A DNA stretch of 33,225 bases, taken from Dehalococcoidia bacterium (GTDB lineage: Bacteria; Chloroflexota; Dehalococcoidia; GIF9; AB-539-J10). The notes under the pieces are model-generated. The model did not search any database. It saw nothing but the letters and a program-made list of their open reading frames with translations, and had not been told where the DNA came from. The position numbers and the translations under genes were made by a program. This document shows positions 9,816 through 17,483 of this stretch, piece by piece; positions within the stretch are counted from its first letter, which is position 1, and every line of letters begins with the position of its first letter. Location: positions 1-33,225 of the forward strand of contig JAUVXS010000002.1 of NCBI GenBank assembly GCA_030603485.1. The letters run 5' to 3'.

Positions 9816-10400
9816 ATCACATCTCCTGCTGTTACGAGAAACATCAGTGAACCTCGCCTGTAGTGCTTACATATTGCCTTTTTTCTCGATTAGCTGTCAT
9901 ACGCTATTACAGAGAACCACTCACGAAAGTTCGATTTGCGTCGTCCAGTTTTATCGCTTTCCCATGGCCCAAGTTGCGTAAGCCAAGACTGCAAGTCCCA
10001 ATACGTTGAGGCAGGCAAACGCAATAGTAACACCTCTGCCTCAGCCGGCAACAAACTCGTTGACTAGTAGACCAATAGTTCCAATGATAAGCAAGACGAA
10101 TGCGCTCAATTTTATAGCATTATTCTTGTCCATTGTTGCTAATAGGTATATTAGCACATTTTTTGATTCATCTTCTGGGGTGGGAGAGGTTGGAGGATGC
10201 GAGTGCCTTCTCTGATATCGCGGGGCCCTTTCAGTCGCAAAAATAGGGCAAATAAAAAGGTAAGAAGTGGCGTTGAATTATTTCCGAATTTCTTCTACAA
10301 TTCTTTTGAATTGGCTCCTCGGTGGTGAAAAAACTGCGGGTCGTTAGGGCCACAATTAGGTGGTCTTAGCTTCAAAATGAGGAGAAGCAACGAGCCTGTA

Positions 10401-10442
10401 TTCCTAAACCGCGTGTCGGGCGTTCGAGTCGCCCCAGGGGTA
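10401..10442 (+). other. tRNA 3'-half-like fragment (anticodon loop TTCCTAA through T-arm)
   Basis: ttcctaa-accgc-gtgtc-GGGCG-TTCGAGT-CGCCC is collinear with the 3' half of tRNA-Trp but carries a compensated, different T-stem. No matching 5' half or acceptor partner upstream. Confidence 0.35.
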
Positions 10443-10466
10443 TTTTTGATATAATTATGCTGATTT

Positions 10467-10506
10467 AGGGGTGTAGCTCAGTTTGGCTAGAGCAGCGGTC
10501 TCCAAA
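10467..10506 (+). repeat. Copy of the tRNA-Trp 5' half (acceptor through anticodon loop); putative att remnant
   Basis: 39 of 40 nt identical to 12345-12384. Identity stops exactly after the anticodon loop (CTCCAAA). Confidence 0.8.
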
Positions 10507-10520
10507 TTCTAAGCTAGATG

Positions 10521-10590
10521 TCCCAAAAGGTCATTTTACGTATAAGATAGAACCTTTGTGTCAATCCCGAAACCCGGTTTTGTTCGTGGA
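10521..10590 (+). repeat. Relic repeat L, copy 2
   Basis: See 2529-2599. Confidence 0.5.
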
Positions 10591-10657
10591 GTCCCATTAT
10601 GTCCCGACGCGTCCCAAACAATTTAACGCCAAAATAGCGCCAGTTTTCGGGTATGGC

Positions 10658-10717
10658 CTGAAGCTACCGGAGCAACAATAAGGACAGTTAGGTAGATCCC
10701 ATAGCAATAAAAACAAC
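10658..10717 (+). repeat. Relic repeat X, copy 2
   Basis: See 3704-3763. Confidence 0.7.
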
Positions 10718-11006
10718 AAGGACTGATAATGGCAAAAGTTGCTCTCTCAGCAACAACCCTAAAATGATGAAGGGTTTCCAAAATACCCAAAATTGAACGG
10801 AAAATCAAAATTAACGGCCTATACCAGATAAAGGGGGGTGAGGTGAATAACTGGACAGTACCATTACTAATGGGTGATTGACAGCAAGGAAGACAACGCT
10901 ATACTAGTCTTAGGGGGAAATTCCAAATACCGACATCTGGATTCCAAATAAATATCCCACGACCAAAATCCACAAAACTAGACAGTTTTGAATTTGAAAA
11001 AAGAGC

Positions 11007-11627
11007 ATGGAAATCAAACCATTCTTTTCAGCGTTGATTATTCTGGCGATGCTGGCTGTATTAGGAGTAGTTTTTTATAGGACTCTGGAACAAGCACCTC
11101 CGGAACAAGCACTCCCAGAACAAGCACTTCCAGAACAAGCACTGGGAACAGGAACCTTAAAGCTCTATCTTTGTGATGCCCCTCTAGATGCTGAAAATGT
11201 TACAGGTGCTTATATCACTATCAATGAAATTCAATATCATCTAGTTGGTCAATGGATAACGTGTGAAGAATTTGAAGGTCCCAAAACATATAACTTATTG
11301 GAATTAACCGAGGGAAATTCCGCTTTATTAGGTGAGTTGACATTACCTGCTGGGTATTATGCTCAAATTCGCTTTATGCTGGATATTGCAGAAAAGGCCT
11401 CATCCCGGGCCAATCCAGGCTGTTATATTGAATTTGCTGATAACTCCACCCAACCTCTCTTCGCCCCGAGTGGTGGAAAGACAGGGTATAAAGCGATAGG
11501 CTACTTCGAAGTGCCTGTTAATGGAACTGTTGAGGTTACCGCAGACTTTGATGTTCGTAAAGCTGTGGTTGTAGCTGGTTCTTCATACATCTTAAAGCCC
11601 ACAATCAAGCTGATAGTCAACTACTAA
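11007..11627 (+). CDS. DUF4382-like membrane-anchored protein with an N-proximal EQA(L/P)P repeat
   Basis: N-terminal TM helix. LKLYLCDAPLDAENVTGAYITINEIQYH and YNLLEL..GNSALLGELTLPAGYYAQIRFML match the DUF4382 pattern as I recall it. Confidence 0.6.
   Translation: MEIKPFFSALIILAMLAVLGVVFYRTLEQAPPEQALPEQALPEQALGTGTLKLYLCDAPLDAENVTGAYITINEIQYHLVGQWITCEEFEGPKTYNLLELTEGNSALLGELTLPAGYYAQIRFMLDIAEKASSRANPGCYIEFADNSTQPLFAPSGGKTGYKAIGYFEVPVNGTVEVTADFDVRKAVVVAGSSYILKPTIKLIVNY
11088..11144 (+). repeat. 15-bp tandem repeat, about 3.8 copies (gaacaagcacyyccr)
   Basis: Read directly from the sequence. Encodes EQAPP-EQALP-EQALP-EQALG inside the 11007-11627 CDS. Confidence 0.9.
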
Positions 11628-11817
11628 GCTGGAAGCATTCGCGGCTCACGCAACTGTAACCTAGAATTTCAATTTTGCCCTATTTGGCTCAAGGTATTTT
11701 AGCGTGCTTTTAAGTGCTTTTATTCCCTTTATTTGAAGCTAAAGAATCTTTTTCTTGTATTAAAAAGAGGAAGATAAAAGTTCTTAAACCTCTTATTCAT
11801 TCGTTAAGAATATGTGT

Positions 11818-11866
11818 AACAACGACAATATCTAACTAGACGTGATATAGGAAGTTGCTTGTTTTG
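11818..11866 (+). repeat. Relic repeat Y, copy 2
   Basis: See 3773-3821. Confidence 0.65.
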
Positions 11867-11870
11867 TGAG

Positions 11871-11907
11871 GTTTGAGGATAGCTTGAGGCTTTATCAGAA
11901 GATTGAG
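11871..11907 (+). repeat. Relic repeat Z, copy 3 (short integrase 3'-end relic)
   Basis: gtttgaggatagcttgaggctttatcagaagattgag translates to FEDSLRLYQKIE. Confidence 0.55.
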
Positions 11908-11994
11908 TCTCCTTCTCCTAACCTAGTAATGTAACAAGTAATCCAGCAAGGTTGCCTTGGAAAATAGAGTTGCCCCTATTTTAGGAGAGTCAAT

Positions 11995-12027
11995 GCCGAG
12001 GGGCGGGGACAATCCCCGCCCCTCGGC
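11995..12027. repeat. Perfect 15-bp-arm palindrome (REP-like hairpin)
   Basis: gccgaggggcgggga-caa-tccccgcccctcggc. The core GGGCGGGGACAAnCCCCGnCC recurs at 19215-19235. No T-tract follows. Confidence 0.8.
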
Positions 12028-12036
12028 TCACTAGGA

Positions 12037-12333
12037 ATGCTAGACATGGTGAGATCTTATATTTACTCTACAAAAGGCGCGAAAGACAACGTCTCGGACG
12101 GCACGGCGAGGAACTCTTGCCCAAGTGGGGCCAAGCCGAAGGTTATCTCTGAAGCACTAGGACACGCTAGCGTACCCTTTACAATGGATGTCTACTCTCA
12201 TATAATGGAGGGGATGCAATCGGACGCCATGGCGTTGCTTGATGAGGTTATGCCTGTAGGCAAAAATGGGGGGTCTCAAAAAAATAACGCCAATTTGACG
12301 CCACAACTAGACATAAAGTTGAGCAAGAACTAG
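12037..12333 (+). pseudogene. Tyrosine recombinase C-terminal fragment (frameshifted relic)
   Basis: KVISEALGHASVPFTMDVYSHI is the LGH...Y catalytic-Tyr box. An RH-box-like GRHGEELL is visible only in another frame upstream. No N-terminal or core domains. Confidence 0.7.
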
Positions 12334-12344
12334 AATTTAGCTTC

Positions 12345-12422
12345 AGGGGTGTGGCTCAGTTTGGCTAGAGCAGCGGTCTCCAAAACCGCAGGTCGCGGGT
12401 TCGAGTCCTGCCACCCCTGCCA
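12345..12422 (+). tRNA. tRNA-Trp (anticodon CCA), 3' CCA encoded
   Basis: Cloverleaf folded by hand: acceptor AGGGGTG/CACCCCT, D-arm GCTC/GAGC, anticodon stem GCGGT/ACCGC with loop CTCCAAA, T-arm GCGGG-TTCGAGT-CCTGC, discriminator G plus CCA. Confidence 0.9.
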
Positions 12423-12423
12423 G

Positions 12424-12506
12424 GCCGAGGTGGCGGAATGGTAGACGCGGCGGACTTAAAATCCGCTTCCTGCAAGGGAGTGTGGGTTCGAGTCCCTCCC
12501 TCGGCA
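12424..12506 (+). tRNA. tRNA-Leu (anticodon TAA), type II with a long variable arm
   Basis: Acceptor GCCGAGG/CCTCGGC, anticodon stem GCGGA/TCCGC with loop CTTAAAA, a long variable arm, T-loop TTCGAGT (one U-U mismatch in the T-stem), discriminator A. Starts 1 nt after tRNA-Trp. Confidence 0.88.
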
Positions 12507-13321
12507 GTAGCCAAAGTGGTAAGCAACTGGTAGGCAATTTCCTCAAGTCCAGACGGGAAGGTCTAAGTCCTCAGTCAATAGAGTTCTACGAAGGTTATCT
12601 GAGGCTTGCCAATACCGTCATAGGATTCCACATCACAGGTCAGGATATATCCCAATTCCTCAGCAATCTTGGCTGTAGCAATGGTGGCAAACATGCTTAC
12701 TACAGAGCCCTTAGAGCTTTCTACAACTGGTTATATTCCCCGAAAAGTGGCCATGGTCTAAATCCTCAGGATAATCCTATGCTGTTGGTGGAAAGTCCAA
12801 AGGTAGAAAGGAAGATACTACCGAGCCTGACAACGGAGCAGTTGGACTATCTCATAGACCAGACTGAATGTATCCGGGATAAGGCTATCATATCCTTGTT
12901 TGCTGACAGTGGGCTACGCTTATCGGAACTAGCCAATATTGACCAGGCTAACATTGACTGGCAACATCGGTTAATCAAGGTCGTTTGTAAAGGGAATAAG
13001 GAAGGACTTGCTCCCTTCGGTCAAAGGACTGAGAAGCTACTCAAGGAATGGCTATCACAACATCGTGCTGGTGGTAAGCTATGGGACATAAGAGAACGGG
13101 GAATAGCCTGGATGCTTTGGAGACTGGAAGCTAAGACAGGTCTTCCTTGTAATGCTCACACTTTCCGAAGGACATTTGCCAGCATCCTATCCAAGAGAGG
13201 GGTAGATTCCCTCCACATTATGAGGCTTGGCAGGTGGCAATCCCTGGCGATGGTAGACAGATACACAAGGTCAGTCCAGTTTGAGGATAGCCTTAAGCTC
13301 TATACCTCCATAATGGAGTAG
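12482..13321 (+). CDS. Tyrosine-type site-specific integrase
   Basis: SAM-like N-domain (SPQSIEFYEGYL...YYRALRAFYNWL). Catalytic boxes DSGLRLSEL (R), HTFRRTFAS (HxxR), LGRWQSLAMVDRYT (W...Y). The only canonical start before the N-domain is GTG 12482, inside the tRNA-Leu T-arm. Confidence 0.85.
   Translation: MGSSPSLGSSQSGKQLVGNFLKSRREGLSPQSIEFYEGYLRLANTVIGFHITGQDISQFLSNLGCSNGGKHAYYRALRAFYNWLYSPKSGHGLNPQDNPMLLVESPKVERKILPSLTTEQLDYLIDQTECIRDKAIISLFADSGLRLSELANIDQANIDWQHRLIKVVCKGNKEGLAPFGQRTEKLLKEWLSQHRAGGKLWDIRERGIAWMLWRLEAKTGLPCNAHTFRRTFASILSKRGVDSLHIMRLGRWQSLAMVDRYTRSVQFEDSLKLYTSIME
12518..12538 (+). promoter_or_regulatory. Paired GGTA(A/G)GCA motif next to attL (candidate arm-type recombinase site)
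   Basis: ggtaagcaactggtaggcaat matches 17557-17577 (ggtaagcagatggtaagcaat) at 18 of 21 positions. A third pair is at 13765-13794. Confidence 0.35.
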
Positions 13322-13322
13322 C

Positions 13323-13637
13323 TCAGGACATACCGAGACAAATTCTGAGTTTCAAATTCGAACCTGTTTCGCCCAAGACAGAGATAGACTCCCGCGCTAC
13401 ATCACATTCACCTTCAGGGTAAAGGATTTCGCCTCTCCTCAGGGCAAACTCCGCGCGACGGTCGGCTGGTCCAGGCGAGATTCCGAAGCTTGAGCGAAAA
13501 ACCTTCTCTCCTCGCAATGACAGGGGGGCGTCTTCCGTAATGACCAGTGGGAGTGTCATTGCCAGCAAAGCGCTGTAATCCATCGGCACGGTCGCTAGTT
13601 GCTCTTCGTCGCTGGTAGAATCATCTGTATTGTTCAT
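13323..13637 (-). CDS. Hypothetical protein (doubtful)
   Basis: 104-aa ORF convergent with the integrase. No SD and no recognisable motif. Confidence 0.25.
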   Translation of the reverse strand: MNNTDDSTSDEEQLATVPMDYSALLAMTLPLVITEDAPLSLRGEKVFRSSFGISPGPADRRAEFALRRGEILYPEGECDVARESISVLGETGSNLKLRICLGMS

Positions 13638-14017
13638 AGTACTAATGGACTATTACCTTTCTCCTAGTACTAGTCGCAAAAAAGGGGAAAATCCCTCGCT
13701 CCTCCAGTACTCCTGATTGACTTTCTTCCGAGGGGAGTAGCAATCCGTTGTGGATAGCTAAATTGGTAAGCACTTACCTTTGTGCTGGTAAGCAAAGGGT
13801 GGAGTCTCCCTACTTATCTCTTCTGAAAGGATAGGTATCTTCATCTCTGAGGACTACACCTACGAGCTAGCTATATGTGATACCCCCTACCCTTGCCCTC
13901 TCTCCTTCTCACCTACGCTCACCGAGCCAATATCTGCTCGTAGAGAAAATCCAGTCAGGCTTAGAATATTCGGGATTACATAATCAACTCAGGCTACGAG
14001 TGTGGTAAAATAGGAAT

Positions 14018-14557
14018 ATGGAAGAAACCTATTATATTTGGCAGATTATTCTCGTTGGGATTCTTGTTGCAGTCACTATATACTATGCTATTCAAACACA
14101 CCGTCAGGCTAACCTCCTCAAGAGACAGATGGATGAAACCCGCTATATCCACAATATAGCGACTCTGAAGCAATCTATAGAACAGATATACGAATGGGCA
14201 CAATACGGAGTTAATGAATACTGTATTCCTGGGCTTGGGCGTTTTGATAGAGGCAACTATCCTGTAAGTACAAAAGCTACAACACACTTGGTATTATCAG
14301 GTGCTAGGGCACTGGGCAATGCTTCGTATATCGGAGGCGATTTGTGGGATAATGTAAAGCAGGCATATGATTCTATGGAGACAGTAGTTGCATCTCTGGG
14401 GGTGGATACTACACTTGAACTTCTATCAGACTCAGAATATGAACGCCATATTGAGGATTTCCAGAAATCTTTACAAGCTCTTTTAGACAAATTCTCAGAT
14501 GTGATGGTGGCATGCCGTAATTTAATGGTTGGGTTAGACATGGAAACATACGGATAG
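14018..14557 (+). CDS. Hypothetical protein, N-terminal TM anchor plus helical domain
   Basis: 179-aa ORF. TM helix IWQIILVGILVAVTIYYAI. AT-rich island cargo. Confidence 0.5.
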   Translation: MEETYYIWQIILVGILVAVTIYYAIQTHRQANLLKRQMDETRYIHNIATLKQSIEQIYEWAQYGVNEYCIPGLGRFDRGNYPVSTKATTHLVLSGARALGNASYIGGDLWDNVKQAYDSMETVVASLGVDTTLELLSDSEYERHIEDFQKSLQALLDKFSDVMVACRNLMVGLDMETYG

Positions 14558-14752
14558 TTTTCTGATGCATTAGAATCCCTTTGTTTACAACCTTCCTCTT
14601 GCCCTCTCCAAATCCACCTAGCTTAGCTAGTCATCGGCTAATCATGACTTCATCCAAGATTAGTGGCTCTGAAGGACTACCAGAATCAAGCCAACTAAGT
14701 CTGTTGTGCCGTCTTACCTGTTCTTCTGTAATTTCCTTTAAATGTCCGTAGT

Positions 14753-15409
14753 CTAGCCCCGATAAGTACATATCATGAATAATTTATCTTTATCTTTGTA
14801 GAACATGAGCCATGTGATTGAGTTAGTAGGGTCATCCTTCATTGTGTTTCTCCAATATGTAACTACACCATTGCCTAAGTCCACCCTTTTTGCACCCTTT
14901 ATGGCTTCGTCAAGCGGAGGAGAAAGGAAACGCTCAGGTTTACCATTTGCGTAGTCCACGAGTATTTGTACATTTTCTGGCAATATAGCACCTGTGTCCA
15001 AGTAGTAAAGACCTTTCGCAATTTTACGCAAGACACGATTGATGACCTCTCCATCCATTTCTAATACCAGCGTACGACCAAGCAATGCACCAGACTCTGA
15101 TATTACTCTTGCTTTTCTTATGTATGACCTTATGGTTGGCTTCAACAATGGTCTACGACCTTTCAGGTCTGGGCGAATCCTCTCGTTCCAAATGCGGAAG
15201 CCAGGCTCATTTTCATAAGCCATTCCCGAAGCTAAAAAAACTCTGAATTTTTCCTCATCACTGGACAAAGCATTATTACATTCAGTACACGCAGGCAATG
15301 TTCTAAGATTGGCTGGCAAAGGTTTATTAAACAAGCTACTAGGGAAAAGATGGTCTCTAGTATCAGCTAGTTTAGAACCACAGAGATAGCACTTTTTGCT
15401 AATAGACAA
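14753..15409 (-). CDS. HNH-nuclease-like protein with an unknown C-terminal domain
   Basis: N-terminal CYLCG...TRDHLFP...LPACTECNN gives two CxxC pairs plus the His and Asn of a beta-beta-alpha-Me finger. TTG start with a GAAGGTGA SD. About 150 aa of unassigned C-terminus. Confidence 0.6.
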   Translation of the reverse strand: MSISKKCYLCGSKLADTRDHLFPSSLFNKPLPANLRTLPACTECNNALSSDEEKFRVFLASGMAYENEPGFRIWNERIRPDLKGRRPLLKPTIRSYIRKARVISESGALLGRTLVLEMDGEVINRVLRKIAKGLYYLDTGAILPENVQILVDYANGKPERFLSPPLDEAIKGAKRVDLGNGVVTYWRNTMKDDPTNSITWLMFYKDKDKLFMICTYRG

Positions 15410-15451
15410 GTTGTCACCTTCTCTTCAACAGCCTGTAAATCCATCTATCTA

Positions 15452-15649
15452 CTACCCATCAGGCAAAGTATACATGGTAATCGTAATGGTAGCACTTGCC
15501 GAGGAATTGCCTGTCTTGCTTACGCTACCAGTCACCTCATTATCAGGGATGCTGGTATCAGCAATAGCAATGCGAGTATCATTTAAGCCAAGTAGGACTA
15601 ACCCTACCAGAAGGATTGCAAGGGTGACTACAGTGACCAGGCTCTTCAC
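15452..15649 (-). CDS. Small hypothetical secreted or membrane peptide (doubtful)
   Basis: 65-aa ORF with a GTG start and signal-like LVTVVTLAILLVGLVLLGL. Lies 42 nt upstream of the HNH-like gene. Weak SD. Confidence 0.25.
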   Translation of the reverse strand: MKSLVTVVTLAILLVGLVLLGLNDTRIAIADTSIPDNEVTGSVSKTGNSSASATITITMYTLPDG

Positions 15650-15810
15650 TTCAACCCACTCTTAAATCAATTATAGGCTTGAATAGCTACAGAAGCAATA
15701 CCCTTGAAGGGTAAATGTGACCAAGTGCAAGGGAGCACCGCACTACGCTAAACCAGAACATGAGGAACGCTAGTGTTCAGCCTACGATGTTATATAATAA
15801 GGGAAGTAAA

Positions 15811-16614
15811 ATGACTTCACAAAGACCCAAGATTATCCATCACCAGAACAATTTAAGTGGGTATGTCGGTAACTGGCGTCTCTTAATGAATCAAATTTTG
15901 AAGGTGCAACCTCCTATTGATATTCCACGAGAACTAGTTTCTCTGGGTGACAATACCCATGATTTATCTGTAATGCTTTCATATCTGGACGCTAACCTGA
16001 CAATACTTGAGGAAACACCAGATGTAGCTGGTCAGCAAATTAACTATTTAGCTTATGCTGAGGCAAGGAGTTTCTTGAAGGCGTGTTATATGTTAGTCCG
16101 CATATTGTTTGATGATGTATCAGGGGTAATTAAGTATTTTTACGACAAGAAAGAACCAAATTCGGGAGTAACTAAAAGTTTTGATAAACTTCTTAGTAGA
16201 GCTAAGAATGGGAAATTGCCTGAAGACCTTTCTACACTACTCAAACAAACCATTGTAAATTTTCCTGAAATGAGAAACAGGAGAGTTGATTTGGAGCATT
16301 ATTATGAATCTCTTCTGATTTCTTTTAGGCACGATGAAGAAGGTAAAACCATTCTTGGACATTTCAGCACGAAGCAACGCCCTGCCAAAGAGTATGAAGA
16401 TATTAGGCAATACTTTGGTTCTGTTCTTTGCGAGTATCAGACTTTAATTGACAGTTTGCTTGACCATTTTGATGCCAAGTTCGTAGATTGGTACAGATTC
16501 AAACCGCACAGAGATTTAAATATTCTCCAGGGATACGCAGGCATTATGTTATGGTGGGCGTGCAAGTATGGTAACTACAGGCACAAAGACTTAGTAGTAA
16601 TTGAGAGTGATTAA
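15811..16614 (+). CDS. Hypothetical soluble protein (ORFan)
   Basis: Start placed at ATG 15811 (AAGGGAAG SD 5 nt upstream); the ORF is open from 15760. No motif recognised. Confidence 0.55.
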   Translation: MTSQRPKIIHHQNNLSGYVGNWRLLMNQILKVQPPIDIPRELVSLGDNTHDLSVMLSYLDANLTILEETPDVAGQQINYLAYAEARSFLKACYMLVRILFDDVSGVIKYFYDKKEPNSGVTKSFDKLLSRAKNGKLPEDLSTLLKQTIVNFPEMRNRRVDLEHYYESLLISFRHDEEGKTILGHFSTKQRPAKEYEDIRQYFGSVLCEYQTLIDSLLDHFDAKFVDWYRFKPHRDLNILQGYAGIMLWWACKYGNYRHKDLVVIESD

Positions 16615-16711
16615 TACTGACACTAGACAACAATTCTGTATGCTCTATACTACTGCGAGGGATAGAATCATAATATATCGAGAGAAACGGAAAGGAGGTT
16701 AAGCAAGGAAG

Positions 16712-17275
16712 ATGTCGAATAGTTTACAACCAGAGCAAATTACGGACGAGCAGCGACGAGTATGGTTAACCGAATACCAAGTTTGTCAACAACATAATGA
16801 CGCTATTGGGTCACAAGCCTGGGTGAGCACAACTATATTTCTAACGATAAATGTGGCTTTGTTGGGTGGTCTCGTCTATACACTCATGACAAACTTAGGA
16901 AGCAGCAGTTCAGAATTACGACTCATAATATTAATCAGCTTCATAGCACTAAGCGTAGGAATACTCTTGATTTTAAAGAAATGGGTGAATTGGTTAAAGA
17001 GAATGAGATTTACGGCATCAATTAATTATGAAAGGATGGGTCAAATAGAGCGATTCCTGGGAATGAGGAAACATACAATGTGCTACGAGCTTGACGAAGA
17101 ATATCGCCAAGTGAAGACATCAGCCGCAAGAAAAGAGTTTAATAAAAGGAATGAACCCTTCAAATACTTCAAGGCAAGTGGATTTGATGGACTAATGTTC
17201 ATAGCTAAAACATTAATGGGACTATGGTCTTTATCAATCTTACTATTGTTGATTGCACTAACTATTTCACCCTAG
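16712..17275 (+). CDS. Hypothetical 3-TM membrane protein
   Basis: Strong GGAAAGGAGG SD. TM helices WVSTTIFLTINVALLGGLVYTL, LRLIILISFIALSVGILLIL and LMGLWSLSILLLLIALTI. Lies 97 nt after the preceding ORF on the same strand. Confidence 0.6.
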   Translation: MSNSLQPEQITDEQRRVWLTEYQVCQQHNDAIGSQAWVSTTIFLTINVALLGGLVYTLMTNLGSSSSELRLIILISFIALSVGILLILKKWVNWLKRMRFTASINYERMGQIERFLGMRKHTMCYELDEEYRQVKTSAARKEFNKRNEPFKYFKASGFDGLMFIAKTLMGLWSLSILLLLIALTISP

Positions 17276-17342
17276 CGAGCTTGGGGGGGAAGGTTAAGGA
17301 AGGGGGGCGTAGCCCCCATCCCAGGAGTTGGGTTACTTCTCC

Positions 17343-17483
17343 CTAAGATACTGCCCCTGTCCAAATTTCTTCAATTACTCCCTCTTTACACTTGGGGCAG
17401 GTTTCTCCGACCATCTCAAGTTCCGTTTTGACATTCTTTGACTTGCACTCGGGACATTCTCTCGTGTCTTTCTTCCGCTTCAA
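17343..17483 (-). CDS. Possible small zinc-ribbon protein (below the ORF-track size cut-off)
   Basis: My own translation: LKRKKDTRECPECKSKNVKTELEMVGETCPKCKEGVIEEIWTGAVS*. Only TTG starts are available (17483, 17495 or 17501), and the SD is weak. Confidence 0.3.
   Translation of the reverse strand: MKRKKDTRECPECKSKNVKTELEMVGETCPKCKEGVIEEIWTGAVS

Larger units (their letters stand above)
10467..12344 (+). mobile_element. Decayed integrative element upstream of tRNA-Trp (integrase reduced to a pseudogene)
   Basis: Bounded by the tRNA-Trp 5'-half copy and the intact tRNA-Trp. Contains repeats L, X, Y and Z, a DUF4382-like cargo gene and an integrase C-terminal fragment. Confidence 0.45.

Noticed and set aside
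10041-10043. Selenocysteine or TGA recoding for the in-frame TGA of the 2-TM micro-ORF
   Set aside because: There is no convincing SECIS-like hairpin at the right distance. TGA clearly terminates other genes here, and a membrane-helix context is not a Sec context. Nonsense mutation or sequencing error is more likely.
10006-10215. 69-aa plus-strand ORF
   Set aside because: It is antisense to the 2-TM micro-ORF and has neither an SD nor a motif.
11088-11144. Possible CRISPR-like or other array signal
   Set aside because: The repeats are 15 bp, directly abutting, in frame and inside a CDS. There are no spacers and no cas genes anywhere in the window.
12343-12546. 67-aa minus-strand ORF
   Set aside because: It covers both tRNA genes in antisense, so it is an artefact of GC-rich tRNA sequence.
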